A stretch of 64,000 nt of DNA from Maricaulaceae bacterium (GTDB lineage Bacteria; Pseudomonadota; Alphaproteobacteria; Caulobacterales; Maricaulaceae). The stretch spans positions 1,567,142-1,631,141 of the forward strand of contig OZ245325.1 in NCBI GenBank assembly GCA_965225705.1, written 5' to 3'. The translations under genes were made by a program, and so were the position numbers. Positions 35,614 through 45,819 of this stretch are shown in pieces. The notes below the pieces were generated by a model, which saw only the letters and a program-made list of their open reading frames with translations, made no database searches and was not told where the DNA came from. How positions within the stretch are numbered: the stretch's first letter is position 1; the number at the start of each line of letters is the position of its first letter.

Positions 35614-35977
35614 AAACTTTTTTATCCTTTATGATCGTCTTTTTTTCTTTTTGGTGAGGACCAAAAGCACAGTTTTTACACTGTTTACATTCTGCTATGA
35701 CAGCCCCTCACACCATGCTTTTCTAATCTTACTTGCCTGTATCAGAGATGATTTTAGAGCAAGATCAGTATTTTAAATTCACTCCCGATTTTTTTTGACA
35801 GGTTTGTTCTGGCAAACAATCCAGGGTTCTGCCTGATATGATTCTCAGAGGTCTAAATCTATACCCTGGAAATTTAGCTTAAAAGAGGCTAAAATACAAA
35901 CAGACACTTTAAACACCCTGCCCCTTTAAAAGCATGTATAGCGTGGAAAAAACATGCCCTCTCATCTTTTCTGTCTT

Positions 35978-36310
35978 TTATGAGACCATACTCTTAAGCC
36001 AGGCAAGGTAGGGGAGATGTGCATGTGCTTCATCAAGAGACCAGACAAGAAAGCAGGGGACTTCATAAGGGTGAAGTTCAAGAAAGCTCTGTTTTAAAGG
36101 GTCCACTTTCTGCATACAGGTTTTCAAAATCATAACTGTTTCTTCATTTTTTTCAACCTCTCCCTCCCAGGGATAGACTGAAAGCATATAGGGAAAAACA
36201 TTTGCACAGGCCACCAAAGATTTCTGTACGAAAACCTCAGCACTCTGATAAGCAAGGTCCACATCAGGCCATGTTGTGTAAATCAGGCAGGCTTTATTAC
36301 ACTTCATCAT
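35978..36310 (-). CDS. cutA: Divalent-cation tolerance protein CutA
   Basis: About 110 aa from the Met at 36310. CutA pattern: LVACANVFPYMLSVYPWEGEVEKNEETVMILKT...HPYEVPCFLVW. The track ORF start at 36376 adds 22 unlikely codons. Confidence 0.85.
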   Translation of the reverse strand: MMKCNKACLIYTTWPDVDLAYQSAEVFVQKSLVACANVFPYMLSVYPWEGEVEKNEETVMILKTCMQKVDPLKQSFLELHPYEVPCFLVWSLDEAHAHLPYLAWLKSMVS

Positions 36311-36610
36311 AAGATTCAGCCCCTTCGCCTGAAAACAAGGGAGGCCAGCACATATAACACAGTTGACAAAACTCACGAACCCCCACAGCAGGGCAATTTG
36401 TTCTGGTTTCCAGTTTCTGAAAAAAAATACACTTTTGTAAAGATACAGACCAGATGGTTTATATACTTTATACCTTTACAGGGTATAAGATAAGAGAAAA
36501 AAAAATACCAAAACCATAACATTAAAAAAAAATCATTTTTTGGTAATAAAGACGTAAGCCTTCTTCCCGTAAATATGGAATCCATCTTAAAGTTGAAGGA
36601 GTTTTCAATA

Positions 36611-38122
36611 ATGCAACGCTGGTACAAGATTTTTCCTGCTGCTTCCACGGTTTTAGCTCTTAGCGCTCTGGCTCTTCTTCCCCCCCGTTCTGCTCTCGCT
36701 GAACCCCAAAACATTGTGGATCCTATAGCTTCTCCTGTCTCTTTTGCAGATATTATTGAAAAAGTGACTCCTGCAGTTGTCAGCATTTCTGTTGTAACAG
36801 AAGAAAAACCTGAGGCTGTCGTGCCTCAGAATTTTGACTTTCGGGGCATGCCGGAAGGGTTTCGGGACTTTTTTCAGGAATTCCAGAGACGTGGCCAGCC
36901 CGATAATATGCCAAGACGTGGCTATAGCCAGGGATCTGGTTTTTTTATCTCTGAAGATGGCTATGTTGTTACCAACCATCATGTCATTGATAAAGCCTCA
37001 AAAATTACCATACAGACAAAAAATGGTGATGAATATTCTGCCAAACTCATTGGTTCTGACAAGCTGACAGATATTGCCGTTCTTAAGGTAACATCATCCA
37101 AAAAATTCAAATCTGTTCCCCTGAACACAAAACCACATTTGCGTGTTGGGGAATGGGTTATTGCCGTTGGCAACCCCTTTGGCCTTGGTGGGACGGCAAC
37201 GGCCGGCATTATTTCGGCCGTAGGACGTGAAATCCCCCCCACATTCAGAACTTCTGTCCCTTACTACGATTTTATTCAGATTGATGCCCCCATCAACCGT
37301 GGAAATTCCGGAGGACCAACTTTTGACCTTCAGGGGCGTGTCATTGGTGTCAATTCCCAGATTTTCTCACCCACAGGGGGTAATGTGGGAATTGGCTTTG
37401 CTATACCTTCTGATGTTGTTGCAGGTATTGTGGACAAACTTATCAAAAAAGGACGTGTTGATCGTGGCTGGCTTGGCGTGACCATTGGCCCCGTTGACAA
37501 GGACATTGCAGAAAGCCTTGGGCTGAAAAAACCTGAAGGAGCTATTGTTCAGAGTATTGTAGGAAACTCTCCGGCAGAGAAGGCTGGCTTTAAAGCCGGT
37601 GATGTTTTAATCACCATCAATGGTACAAAAATTTCTAATAACAGCCAGGCCACAAGAATGGTGGGTGCTTTAATGGCAGGTGACACTGCACGTATGGAGA
37701 TCAATCGTAACGGACAGAAAAAGTCTCTCAGGGTCAAAATTGGCGAACGTCCGGATGAGAAAACACTGAACCGCCTCACGGCAAATGGCGGTGGTGTTGA
37801 GCAAATGCTACAAAATTCTCCTGAGCTTGGCCTCAGTGTCAGAAGCCTTAGTGAAACAGAGCGTGAGGAATATGGCCTTAATGCACCTGACGGAGGCGTT
37901 TTGATTGAAAAGGTAGAGAAAGATAGTGCCGCTATGGAAAAAGGGTTAAGGTCGGGCATGATCCTTCTCCAGGCAGGGCGTGCTAAAATTTCTACCCCGG
38001 AAGATCTTCTCAGAGCTGTTCAGGCTGCTCAGAAAGAGCAAAAAAAGGCTCTTTTGCTTCTTGTGCAGTCAAGGCCCGGACAACGTATTTTTGTTGGTCT
38101 TCCCCTCACAGAGGAAAAATAA
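36611..38122 (+). CDS. Periplasmic serine endoprotease, DegP/HtrA (Do) family
   Basis: AAGGAG RBS lies before the ATG at 36611, and the signal peptide ends in SALA. The catalytic motifs are VVTNHHV, DIAVLKV and GNSGGP, followed by two PDZ-like regions. Confidence 0.9.
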   Translation: MQRWYKIFPAASTVLALSALALLPPRSALAEPQNIVDPIASPVSFADIIEKVTPAVVSISVVTEEKPEAVVPQNFDFRGMPEGFRDFFQEFQRRGQPDNMPRRGYSQGSGFFISEDGYVVTNHHVIDKASKITIQTKNGDEYSAKLIGSDKLTDIAVLKVTSSKKFKSVPLNTKPHLRVGEWVIAVGNPFGLGGTATAGIISAVGREIPPTFRTSVPYYDFIQIDAPINRGNSGGPTFDLQGRVIGVNSQIFSPTGGNVGIGFAIPSDVVAGIVDKLIKKGRVDRGWLGVTIGPVDKDIAESLGLKKPEGAIVQSIVGNSPAEKAGFKAGDVLITINGTKISNNSQATRMVGALMAGDTARMEINRNGQKKSLRVKIGERPDEKTLNRLTANGGGVEQMLQNSPELGLSVRSLSETEREEYGLNAPDGGVLIEKVEKDSAAMEKGLRSGMILLQAGRAKISTPEDLLRAVQAAQKEQKKALLLLVQSRPGQRIFVGLPLTEEK

Positions 38123-38349
38123 AAAATATGATTCATAAGATTTGATGAAGCAGAAACAGATCTCCCTTTGTGGGACAAAAGGAATGCAGGAGAAATGACA
38201 AGCTTTCTTCCCAAAGAAGAGCTCTTTTATACTGAGACTATTCCTGAAAGATCAGACAAAGTCTGTTTTACAAAATTTCTGGATCACAGAAAAGAAGGTC
38301 CCTCTTTTATATCAATTCTCTTTCTCTCAAATATAAGGTGAGTTTGATC

Positions 38350-39021
38350 ATGCGTATTTTAATCGTTGAAGATGATGTTGAAGCAGCGTCTTATATTCGT
38401 AAAGGCCTTGAGGAATTAGGTCATGTTGTTGATGCCGCTGCTGATGGGGAGCTGGGTCTGAGTATGGCACTTAATCAGGATTATGATGTCCTGGTGGTGG
38501 ATCGTATGCTTCCTCATCTTGATGGTCTCTCACTTGTTAAGCGTTTACGGCAGAAAGAACGTCAAACGCCTGTTCTTATCCTCTCAGCCCTTGGTGAAGT
38601 GGATCAAAAAGTAGAGGGCCTCAAAGCCGGAGGGGATGACTATCTCACAAAACCTTATGCCTTCACAGAGCTTATTGCGCGTATTGAAGCTGTCACACGT
38701 CGGCAGGATGCACTTATCGCCTCAACACATTTGCGTATTGGAGATTTAGAAATAGATCTTCTTGCACGCACAGCAAAAAGAGAAAACAAAGAGATTGTTC
38801 TCCAAAACAGGGAATTTAAACTCCTGGAATACATGATGCGTCATGCTGGCCAGGTGGTGACACGTACCATGCTTTTGGAACAGGTCTGGGATTACCATTT
38901 CGATCCTCAAACCAATGTTATTGACGTTCACATATCCCGTCTGCGTACAAAAATTGATAAGGGCTTTGATAAACCTTTACTCCATACCGTGCGTGGCATG
39001 GGGTACCGGCTGGAAGCTTAA
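38350..39021 (+). CDS. OmpR-family two-component response regulator
   Basis: Receiver domain MRILIVEDD...DVLVVDRMLPHLDG...KPYAF plus a winged-helix output domain (LTRTEFKLLE-type region, VHISRLRTKID, TVRGMGYRL). Confidence 0.9.
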   Translation: MRILIVEDDVEAASYIRKGLEELGHVVDAAADGELGLSMALNQDYDVLVVDRMLPHLDGLSLVKRLRQKERQTPVLILSALGEVDQKVEGLKAGGDDYLTKPYAFTELIARIEAVTRRQDALIASTHLRIGDLEIDLLARTAKRENKEIVLQNREFKLLEYMMRHAGQVVTRTMLLEQVWDYHFDPQTNVIDVHISRLRTKIDKGFDKPLLHTVRGMGYRLEA

Positions 39022-39025
39022 AAAC

Positions 39026-40486
39026 ATGCGTACACCTGCCTTTGCCAAAACGACAGCTTTTCGCATGGCAGGTATTATGGCATTTACTTTGACGTTCTGT
39101 ACCCTACCGGTCTTCCTGTCTGTGTTTTTTATAACTGTGAGGTATGAAACACAATATTTTGATGAAAGCATAGCCTCAGATCTTGCCTATTTTCTTCAAC
39201 ATACGCAGGATTTGGATGTGACTACCCTTAAAAACACTCTTCATAGACGCAGTCTTGAAAAAAAAGATTTTCTCTATGCACTCTTCAGCCCTGATGGCCT
39301 GCATTTTGCGGGGACGCTCAATGCTCTGCCTGCAAAGCATCCTGAGGGTGAAGAAATTTTTTCCTTTTTCTATGGACGGAAAAAAGAGGGTGAAGAACAC
39401 ATCCAGCCTTATACGGCACGAGGTACCCTTAAGATCCTGCAGGATGGAACCCTTTTGCTTTTTGCACGTGATGGAGCCATGCTCTCTGATCTGAAAAAAC
39501 GACTTATCTATCTTTTAAGCGCAGCTTCCGTCTTTGTTTTTCTTCTTAGTTTTACACTTGTTTTCTTTTTAGGTCTGCGGTCTTTTCGGCGTATCAAAGC
39601 CTTAGATTCTGTCGTACGTTCTGTTGTAAGGGGTGATGTTTCCCAGCGTGCTCCTCTGGCAGGCACGGGAGATGAAATTGACTCCCTGGTCCTTCACTTT
39701 AACCGGATGCTCAAACGGCTTGAAGCACTCATGATCTCTATGCGTCATGCAGGCGACAGCCTTGCCCATGATCTCAAAGCACCTTTAACACGCCTGCGCA
39801 ACCGGCTTGATACCGTCTCCATTAATATAAAAGATGAGAAAGTACATCAACTTCTTACCGAAGCCACCAAAGATGCCGATGATATGTTGCTGACCTTCAA
39901 TGCGCTTCTGCGCATTGCGCGCCTTGAAGCGGGGGAGCAAAGATCTGCTTTCAGCCCCGTTGATATCGCAGAATTAACGCGTGACATAGCTGAATTATAT
40001 GAGCCACTTTGTGAAGAAAAAGGACTTGATTTTTCCCTTGAAACAAAAGACAGCCTTGTGATACAGGGGCAGAAAGAGCTTATTGCACAGGCCCTGTCTA
40101 ATCTTTTAGATAATGCTATCAAATATGTTCCTTCAGGAGGGGCCGTGACTTTGCGGGCCCGGTCTCGCCGTTCTGGTGAACCTGAATTATCTGTCACGGA
40201 TACAGGTCCTGGCATTCGCCCTCAGGATCGTGAGTCTGTCAAACGTCGTTTTGTACGCCTTGAGACCAGTCGTTCAGCACCGGGAAGCGGTCTGGGTCTT
40301 AGCCTTGTTGAGGCTGTGGCCCGCTTTCATGGGGCACGTTTTATCCTGGATGATGGCCCGGGCTCTGCAACACAAAAACAGGGAACGGGTTTAAGGGCTG
40401 CCCTTGTTTTTCCCTCACCCCTTATGTCCCGCAGAAAAAAGAGTATATATAAGATAAAGGATAGAAAAGAGGATGTCACACCCTGA
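39026..40486 (+). CDS. Sensor histidine kinase (two TM segments, HAMP, HisKA, HATPase_c)
   Basis: The ATG at 39026 is 4 nt after the regulator stop. H-box is SLAHDLKAPLTRL, and the N and G boxes are NLLDNAIKY, DTGPGI and GSGLGLSLV. The 3' end overlaps the glnE start by 14 nt. Confidence 0.88.
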   Translation: MRTPAFAKTTAFRMAGIMAFTLTFCTLPVFLSVFFITVRYETQYFDESIASDLAYFLQHTQDLDVTTLKNTLHRRSLEKKDFLYALFSPDGLHFAGTLNALPAKHPEGEEIFSFFYGRKKEGEEHIQPYTARGTLKILQDGTLLLFARDGAMLSDLKKRLIYLLSAASVFVFLLSFTLVFFLGLRSFRRIKALDSVVRSVVRGDVSQRAPLAGTGDEIDSLVLHFNRMLKRLEALMISMRHAGDSLAHDLKAPLTRLRNRLDTVSINIKDEKVHQLLTEATKDADDMLLTFNALLRIARLEAGEQRSAFSPVDIAELTRDIAELYEPLCEEKGLDFSLETKDSLVIQGQKELIAQALSNLLDNAIKYVPSGGAVTLRARSRRSGEPELSVTDTGPGIRPQDRESVKRRFVRLETSRSAPGSGLGLSLVEAVARFHGARFILDDGPGSATQKQGTGLRAALVFPSPLMSRRKKSIYKIKDRKEDVTP

Positions 40487-43436
40487 TCTGAGACCTCTTT
40501 TTAAACAGATCACCAAAGCGCCACGCCTGTTCAGGACAGAATGTGCAACAGAAGTTTATGAGGCCCTTCTGAACGATAAAAACTGGGGGAACAATCTTCA
40601 GGATCTCTGTCAGGATAAAAAACTGTCTGAATTTCTTAAAGGTGTTTTTTCCTGTTCTCCTTATCTTGGGCGCCTGGCAGGCCGTTATCCTGAGGCGCTT
40701 TTCACCTCCCTCACACATCCCCAGGATCAAACCCTTGCATCTGTTTTAACGGACCTTCAGGCAACAGTATGTCAGGCAGAAGATAAGATACATCTGGCCT
40801 GTATTTTGCGTGAAGCCAAGGCCCGCTTACATCTTTTATGTGCCCTTGCGGATCTTGGTGGTGTGTGGGACTGGGGGCCTGTCACATCAGCCCTTTCGTC
40901 CTTTGCTGATACAGCTCTTCAAAGTGCCCTTTACGCTTTAGCACGCTTTGAACATGAAAAAGGGCGTATGAATCAGCCCGGTTTTTCCAATCCTGTTCCG
41001 GGTTTTTTTATCATAGCCCTTGGGAAGCTTGGCTCATATGAGCTGAACTATTCCAGCGACATTGATCTTGCTGTTTTTTATCAATATGACAAACTTGCTC
41101 TTTCCACGTCCGATGAACCGGTAAGGGCAGCTTTGCGTCTTACCCGTCATATCACCCGTCTTTTTGAAGACATAACAGAAGACGGCTATGTTTTCAGGAC
41201 AGATTTGCGTCTTAGGCCTGATCCTGGCTCTTCTGCTCCTGCTGTCTCTGTCAGAACGGCACAGCATTATTATCAAACTCTGGGACAGAACTGGGAGAGA
41301 GCGGCCCTTATCAAAGCGCGTCCCTGTGCAGGGGATGAAAAATCTGCAAGGACTTTTTTAAAGAGCCTAAAGCCTTATATCTGGCGGCGTGCTCTTGATT
41401 ATGCTGCCATCAGCGATATTCACGCCATTAAGCGTCAAATTCAGGTCGTGGGCTCTCACGGCCCCATCCATCCGGCAGGACATAATATCAAACTGGGACG
41501 TGGTGGAATTCGCGAAATTGAATTTTTTACGCAAGTTCAGCAGCTTATCTTAGGGGGACGCCAGCCTGACCTGCAGCAGGCACAAACCTGTAAAGCCCTG
41601 GAGGCTTTGGGAAAAGCCGGTTTTGTCAGCCGTGAGACTGTACGCAATCTTCAGTGCGATTATGGTTTTCTACGGCATATAGAGCACAGGCTTCATATGC
41701 TCGATGACGAACAAACGCATACAATTCCTGAAAATTCTCTGGCCCGCAAACGCCTTGCCAGGTTTTGTGGTTATGAGCAGCTTGCTGATTTTGAGGATGA
41801 GCTGGAAGCACGTCTGCGGCGGGTCCACGGGATTTATAGCCGTCTTTTCGCGGAAGAAGAAACTCTGGCCAGCCACGCAGGCTCCCTTGTTTTTACAGGG
41901 GTTGAGCCTGATGCAGAAACTCTTAAAACCCTGGAAGGTCTTGGCTTTCGACACCCTGAAAATGCCTGGTATATGATGAGTAACTGGCTGGGGGGTCGTG
42001 TGCGGGCTACACGGACAGAGCGTGCACGCTCCCTTTTAACAAAACTGGCCCCAAAGCTTGTTGATGCTGTCGCTGAAACAGGTCAGGCTGACCTTACTTT
42101 TGTACGCTTCGCTGATTTTTTTGCATCTCTGACCTCAGGAGTTACGCTTCTTTCTCTTTTCCTGAACCAGCCCATTTTGTTCAAAAAAATTGTTAAAATC
42201 CTGGCGCTTGCCCCCTCTCTTGCCCCTTCTCTTGCACAACACCCCTCTTTAATGGACAGGCTTATTGAACAGGACTTCTCAACACCCTTAAAATATGATG
42301 ATCACAAAAGCATGGAACATCGCATGATAGCGGCTTTAGAGACCAGTTCTTCCTTCGAGGACAGCCTTGATCAGGCGCGTTCCATAGGCAGAGAGGAACA
42401 GTTTCGCATAGGGTGTCATACACTTTTTGGATGGGCAGATGCCCGTATGGCAGGAGAGGCCTATGCACACCTTGCGGATATCAGTGTTAAGGCCCTTACA
42501 ACTGTTGCGAGAAAAGAGATGGAACGCCTGCACGGCGTTTTACCTGCAGATTTTGCAGTTTTGGCGCTTGGGTCCTGGGGCGGCAGGGAATTAACAGCAG
42601 AATCGGATCTTGATCTGATGACAATTTACTCTCCCCATCATGCAGATGCTGTCTCAGATGGTCCCTCTTCTCTGGCAACAAGTCCTTACTTTACAAGGCT
42701 AACACGCCGCCTGCTCAGTGCTTTATCGGCCCCCACACGGGAAGGTATTCTTTATAAAACAGACATGCAGTTACGTCCCTCTGGCAAGGCAGGTCCTGTT
42801 TCAACACTTTTGACAGCTTTTGAACGCTATTACAGGGAGAACGCCCAGATATGGGAACTGATGGCCCTGACCCGCGCACGGGTGGTGAGTGCCCCCCCTG
42901 ATTTTACGCACAGGCTGGAGACCAGCATAACGAATCTCCTCGCACAACCAAGAGACAAACACGCCACAGCTGAAGATGTTGCCAGCATGGGTGAACACCT
43001 CCGGCATGCTTACAGGACAGACACTATATGGTCCCTGAAACATGTTCCGGGTGGCCTTGTTGATCTTGCTTTTATTGTCCAGTATCTCCAGCTCATCCAT
43101 GCGGCCCAACACCCTGATATTCTTCAACCCTCTATTCTCTCTGCCCTGAAACAACTTTATAAATGTGGCGTTTTAGAAGGACGTGCAGCTTCTTTTCTGA
43201 GAAAGGCTGCACGCCTCCAGCTTAATCTTGCACAGATTTTAGGGGTTGCCAGAGAAGAAAGATATTTCCAGCCCGACACAGCCCCCGATCGCCTGAAAAC
43301 TCTTTTGGCACGGAGCACAGGGTTTTCTGATTTTGAGACCCTGGAAATCTATCTGGCCCGGACACAAGAAAATATACAAAAAATTTATCAGAAAACTGTG
43401 CTCTCAGCGACGGAAAAGCCTGCTTCCTCCGTGTAA
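40473..43436 (+). CDS. glnE: Bifunctional glutamine synthetase adenylyltransferase / adenylyl-removing enzyme GlnE
   Basis: 987-aa ORF with two nucleotidyltransferase halves (GKLGSYELNYSSDIDLAVFY...FRTDLRLRPDPGS, and LGSWGGRELTAESDLDLMTIY...YKTDMQLRPSGKAGP). Confidence 0.93.
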   Translation: MSHPDLRPLFKQITKAPRLFRTECATEVYEALLNDKNWGNNLQDLCQDKKLSEFLKGVFSCSPYLGRLAGRYPEALFTSLTHPQDQTLASVLTDLQATVCQAEDKIHLACILREAKARLHLLCALADLGGVWDWGPVTSALSSFADTALQSALYALARFEHEKGRMNQPGFSNPVPGFFIIALGKLGSYELNYSSDIDLAVFYQYDKLALSTSDEPVRAALRLTRHITRLFEDITEDGYVFRTDLRLRPDPGSSAPAVSVRTAQHYYQTLGQNWERAALIKARPCAGDEKSARTFLKSLKPYIWRRALDYAAISDIHAIKRQIQVVGSHGPIHPAGHNIKLGRGGIREIEFFTQVQQLILGGRQPDLQQAQTCKALEALGKAGFVSRETVRNLQCDYGFLRHIEHRLHMLDDEQTHTIPENSLARKRLARFCGYEQLADFEDELEARLRRVHGIYSRLFAEEETLASHAGSLVFTGVEPDAETLKTLEGLGFRHPENAWYMMSNWLGGRVRATRTERARSLLTKLAPKLVDAVAETGQADLTFVRFADFFASLTSGVTLLSLFLNQPILFKKIVKILALAPSLAPSLAQHPSLMDRLIEQDFSTPLKYDDHKSMEHRMIAALETSSSFEDSLDQARSIGREEQFRIGCHTLFGWADARMAGEAYAHLADISVKALTTVARKEMERLHGVLPADFAVLALGSWGGRELTAESDLDLMTIYSPHHADAVSDGPSSLATSPYFTRLTRRLLSALSAPTREGILYKTDMQLRPSGKAGPVSTLLTAFERYYRENAQIWELMALTRARVVSAPPDFTHRLETSITNLLAQPRDKHATAEDVASMGEHLRHAYRTDTIWSLKHVPGGLVDLAFIVQYLQLIHAAQHPDILQPSILSALKQLYKCGVLEGRAASFLRKAARLQLNLAQILGVAREERYFQPDTAPDRLKTLLARSTGFSDFETLEIYLARTQENIQKIYQKTVLSATEKPASSV

Positions 43437-43493
43437 GTTTAAAACATGCTGTTCATGGCATGTTGATATCATCAATCTTTTAAGGAGAACACG

Positions 43494-43979
43494 ATGAAAG
43501 CCCTTAAATATTTTGTCCTTACAGGCATGATTACAACTCTTTTCAGCCCTGTTTTTGCAGAAATGCCTGGCAGGAAGCACACTGGTCACCATAAAATGAG
43601 CAAAAGGATTGAACGCTTTGATACCAACAAAGACGGAACGCTTGATGCAAAAGAATTTAAGGCTATGCAGACACAAAATTTTGAACGCATGGATCAGGAC
43701 AAAGATGGCTTTCTTACACAGAAAGATCAGGAGATGGCATTCAGGGCCAGGATTCAAAAACGTCAGGAACATTTACAAAAACGCTGGGCAGAAAAAGCCA
43801 AAGCACGCCTTGAAAAATTTGATGCCAACAAAGATGATCATCTCTCAAAAGAGGAATTTCTTGCTCAGGCCCCCGGTTTTACAGCACTGGATATCAATAA
43901 AGATGGCCGCCTCTCTCAGGAAGAACTAAAAAAAGGCTGGAAACACCATAAAAAGTCTGTGAAGCGCACAAAACCATAA
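43494..43979 (+). CDS. Secreted EF-hand calcium-binding protein (four EF loops)
   Basis: AAGGAG RBS and a signal peptide ending VFA. There are four DxDxDG-type loops: DTNKDGTLDAKE, DQDKDGFLTQKD, DANKDDHLSKEE and DINKDGRLSQEE. The C-terminal tail is basic. Confidence 0.85.
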   Translation: MKALKYFVLTGMITTLFSPVFAEMPGRKHTGHHKMSKRIERFDTNKDGTLDAKEFKAMQTQNFERMDQDKDGFLTQKDQEMAFRARIQKRQEHLQKRWAEKAKARLEKFDANKDDHLSKEEFLAQAPGFTALDINKDGRLSQEELKKGWKHHKKSVKRTKP

Positions 43980-44037
43980 TGACAGCCAGAATACTGGTCA
44001 GGATGATAAGACAGGTGTTCATGAAGACTTTCATATT

Positions 44038-44700
44038 ATGGAGATGAGTGTCCCTCATATCTTTGACACGCTCTTCTCTCTTAAAAGGAACAGCCATACA
44101 AAGGGTCAGGCTAAAGCTGTGCAAACAACAGAAAAACTTTTTACCCTGGCCCTTAAGGGAAATGTCCTGGCAGCACAGCGCTTCACAGCTGTTGCGCTGC
44201 CGCCTCTTGTCCGCCTGGCCTGGCGCATGCTGGGTGATCAGGCTGAAGCAGAAGATATTGCACAGGAGACATTTCTAAGAGCCTGGCGAAAGGGTCAGAG
44301 CTGGGACCCCGGTGGGACAGCTTCCATCATGACCTGGATGCATAAAACTGCTCTCAATCTGTGCTATGATCGTTTTCGTGTCAAAGAAAGCCCCACAGGG
44401 ATCATGCCAGAAAACATGCAACAGAGTATAGATACAACACCCAGTGCTCTGGAACTTCTGGTCCGTGATGAGACAGCGCACTATGTTGAACATGCTTTGC
44501 AGGATTTACCGCCCCGCCAGAGGGCTGCTCTGATCTTAAAGCATTATGAGGGACTTTCACAAAAAGAAGCTGCAAAGATTATGGGGATCACACCGCATGC
44601 CCTTGAATCCCTTCTGGCACGTGGGCGGAAAACATTAAAAAACCTGTTGAAAACCTCTAACCTTCAGGAAGAAAAACAAAGCAACCATCATGACCTTTAA
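44038..44700 (+). CDS. ECF-type RNA polymerase sigma-70 family factor
   Basis: Region 2 reads AEDIAQETFLRAWRK. Region 4 reads LPPRQRAALILKHYEGLSQKEAAKIMGITPHALESLLARGRKTL. Confidence 0.88.
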   Translation: MEMSVPHIFDTLFSLKRNSHTKGQAKAVQTTEKLFTLALKGNVLAAQRFTAVALPPLVRLAWRMLGDQAEAEDIAQETFLRAWRKGQSWDPGGTASIMTWMHKTALNLCYDRFRVKESPTGIMPENMQQSIDTTPSALELLVRDETAHYVEHALQDLPPRQRAALILKHYEGLSQKEAAKIMGITPHALESLLARGRKTLKNLLKTSNLQEEKQSNHHDL

Positions 44701-45145
44701 AACACACACCCATAAACCCTTAGATGAATCACGCTTTTCAGAGCTTTTGGAAAGTTATGGTGCACACTTCGAGTCCTGGCCTGAACAGGAAGGGAAGGCT
44801 GCAAAACCTTTCCTTAAAACAGCTCCTGCACATATCCTGCGTGCCGTAGAGGATGCCCGTCTTCTGGACAGGCTTTTGAATACATCCGCTGCTCCCGCTC
44901 CCTCCTCTCATCTTTTTGAACGTATTCTGGCAGCAACACCTCAAAGAAAAACGGGGTTCTGGTCTTTTCTGACACTGTATAAACTACGTATAATTGCTAT
45001 GTCTTTAAGCCTGACTTTTGGCCTGACAACAGGGGCAGGCGCATATACCCTGTTTCCCAAAGCTGATCCCTGGCGTGATGTTATGATAACGCTTGCTTTT
45101 GATGATGGCAGCACAATTTTAGATGAGGGAGAAATAAATCCATGA
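44690..45145 (+). CDS. Putative anti-sigma factor (single-pass membrane protein, no zinc-binding Cys motif)
   Basis: The start overlaps the sigma gene stop by 11 nt. It has a cytoplasmic-looking N-terminal ~85 aa, one hydrophobic helix (IIAMSLSLTFGLTTGAGAYTLF) and a short C-terminal tail. The function is inferred from position only. Confidence 0.5.
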   Translation: MTFKTHTHKPLDESRFSELLESYGAHFESWPEQEGKAAKPFLKTAPAHILRAVEDARLLDRLLNTSAAPAPSSHLFERILAATPQRKTGFWSFLTLYKLRIIAMSLSLTFGLTTGAGAYTLFPKADPWRDVMITLAFDDGSTILDEGEINP

Positions 45146-45657
45146 GACATTTTACCTCCTGGACAGGTGTTACTTTATGTACATCTCTTCTAATCAATGG
45201 TCTTTTGGCAGGCTATCTTTTTGCTGTATCCCGGAACCCCTCAACACCCCCACCGCCTCCTTTTGCGCTCACCCCTCATTATGCTTTTAAAAACCTGCCG
45301 CCACATATGAAACAGCGCCTAAAGGAAAAATTTAAGGACAAAAAACAGGCACTGCGACCCCTCCAACGCCAGACATGGAAAAGCTATCATCAGGCACGCC
45401 TCTCTCTGGTGGCAGAGCCTTTTAATAAAGACCGTGCTCAAAAAGCCTTTGCCGAAGCCCGAAAAGCACGGGCCAGACTGGATGAGCAGGCCCACAATAC
45501 CCTTATCCGCCTTTTTGGGGATTTAACACCAGAAGAACGTCAGGCGCTTCGCCTTTCCTGGAGTAAAAAGAAATATCAGTCATATCCTTCGAAAAACCTT
45601 AAAAAGCAAAAAAGACAGTATTATGATAAAAAACAAATACATCATAATGAAAAGTGA
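45142..45657 (+). CDS. Periplasmic Spy/CpxP-like (heavy-metal-sensor family) protein
   Basis: ATGA overlap with the preceding gene. It has an N-terminal anchor or signal, then a helical Lys/Arg/Gln-rich body with an LTxxQ-type motif (DLTPEERQAL). Confidence 0.6.
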   Translation: MRHFTSWTGVTLCTSLLINGLLAGYLFAVSRNPSTPPPPPFALTPHYAFKNLPPHMKQRLKEKFKDKKQALRPLQRQTWKSYHQARLSLVAEPFNKDRAQKAFAEARKARARLDEQAHNTLIRLFGDLTPEERQALRLSWSKKKYQSYPSKNLKKQKRQYYDKKQIHHNEK

Positions 45658-45819
45658 CATGTAAAGTCCAAAAGTAAAATATAGTGCCAAACGTATGCTT
45701 TCGATCAATTAGCTTAAAAGAAGGTACAAATAGAAAATTCCATATCCTTCTAAATCAAAGTTAAGCTTTTAATTTCTTCATAAAAAGAAAATAAGTATTT
45801 TTTCTGTAAGGGAGGTCTT

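Noticed and set aside
36373-36786. 137-aa minus-strand ORF bridging cutA and the degP-like gene.
   Set aside because: It overlaps the well-supported degP-like start and signal peptide on the other strand, and it has no recognisable domain.
42207-42230. Imperfect 12-nt tandem duplication (CTTGCCCCCTCT / CTTGCCCCTTCT) inside glnE, encoding LAPSLAPSLA.
   Set aside because: It is in frame, tiny, and sits in a linker region. This is ordinary slippage polymorphism and not a repeat element.
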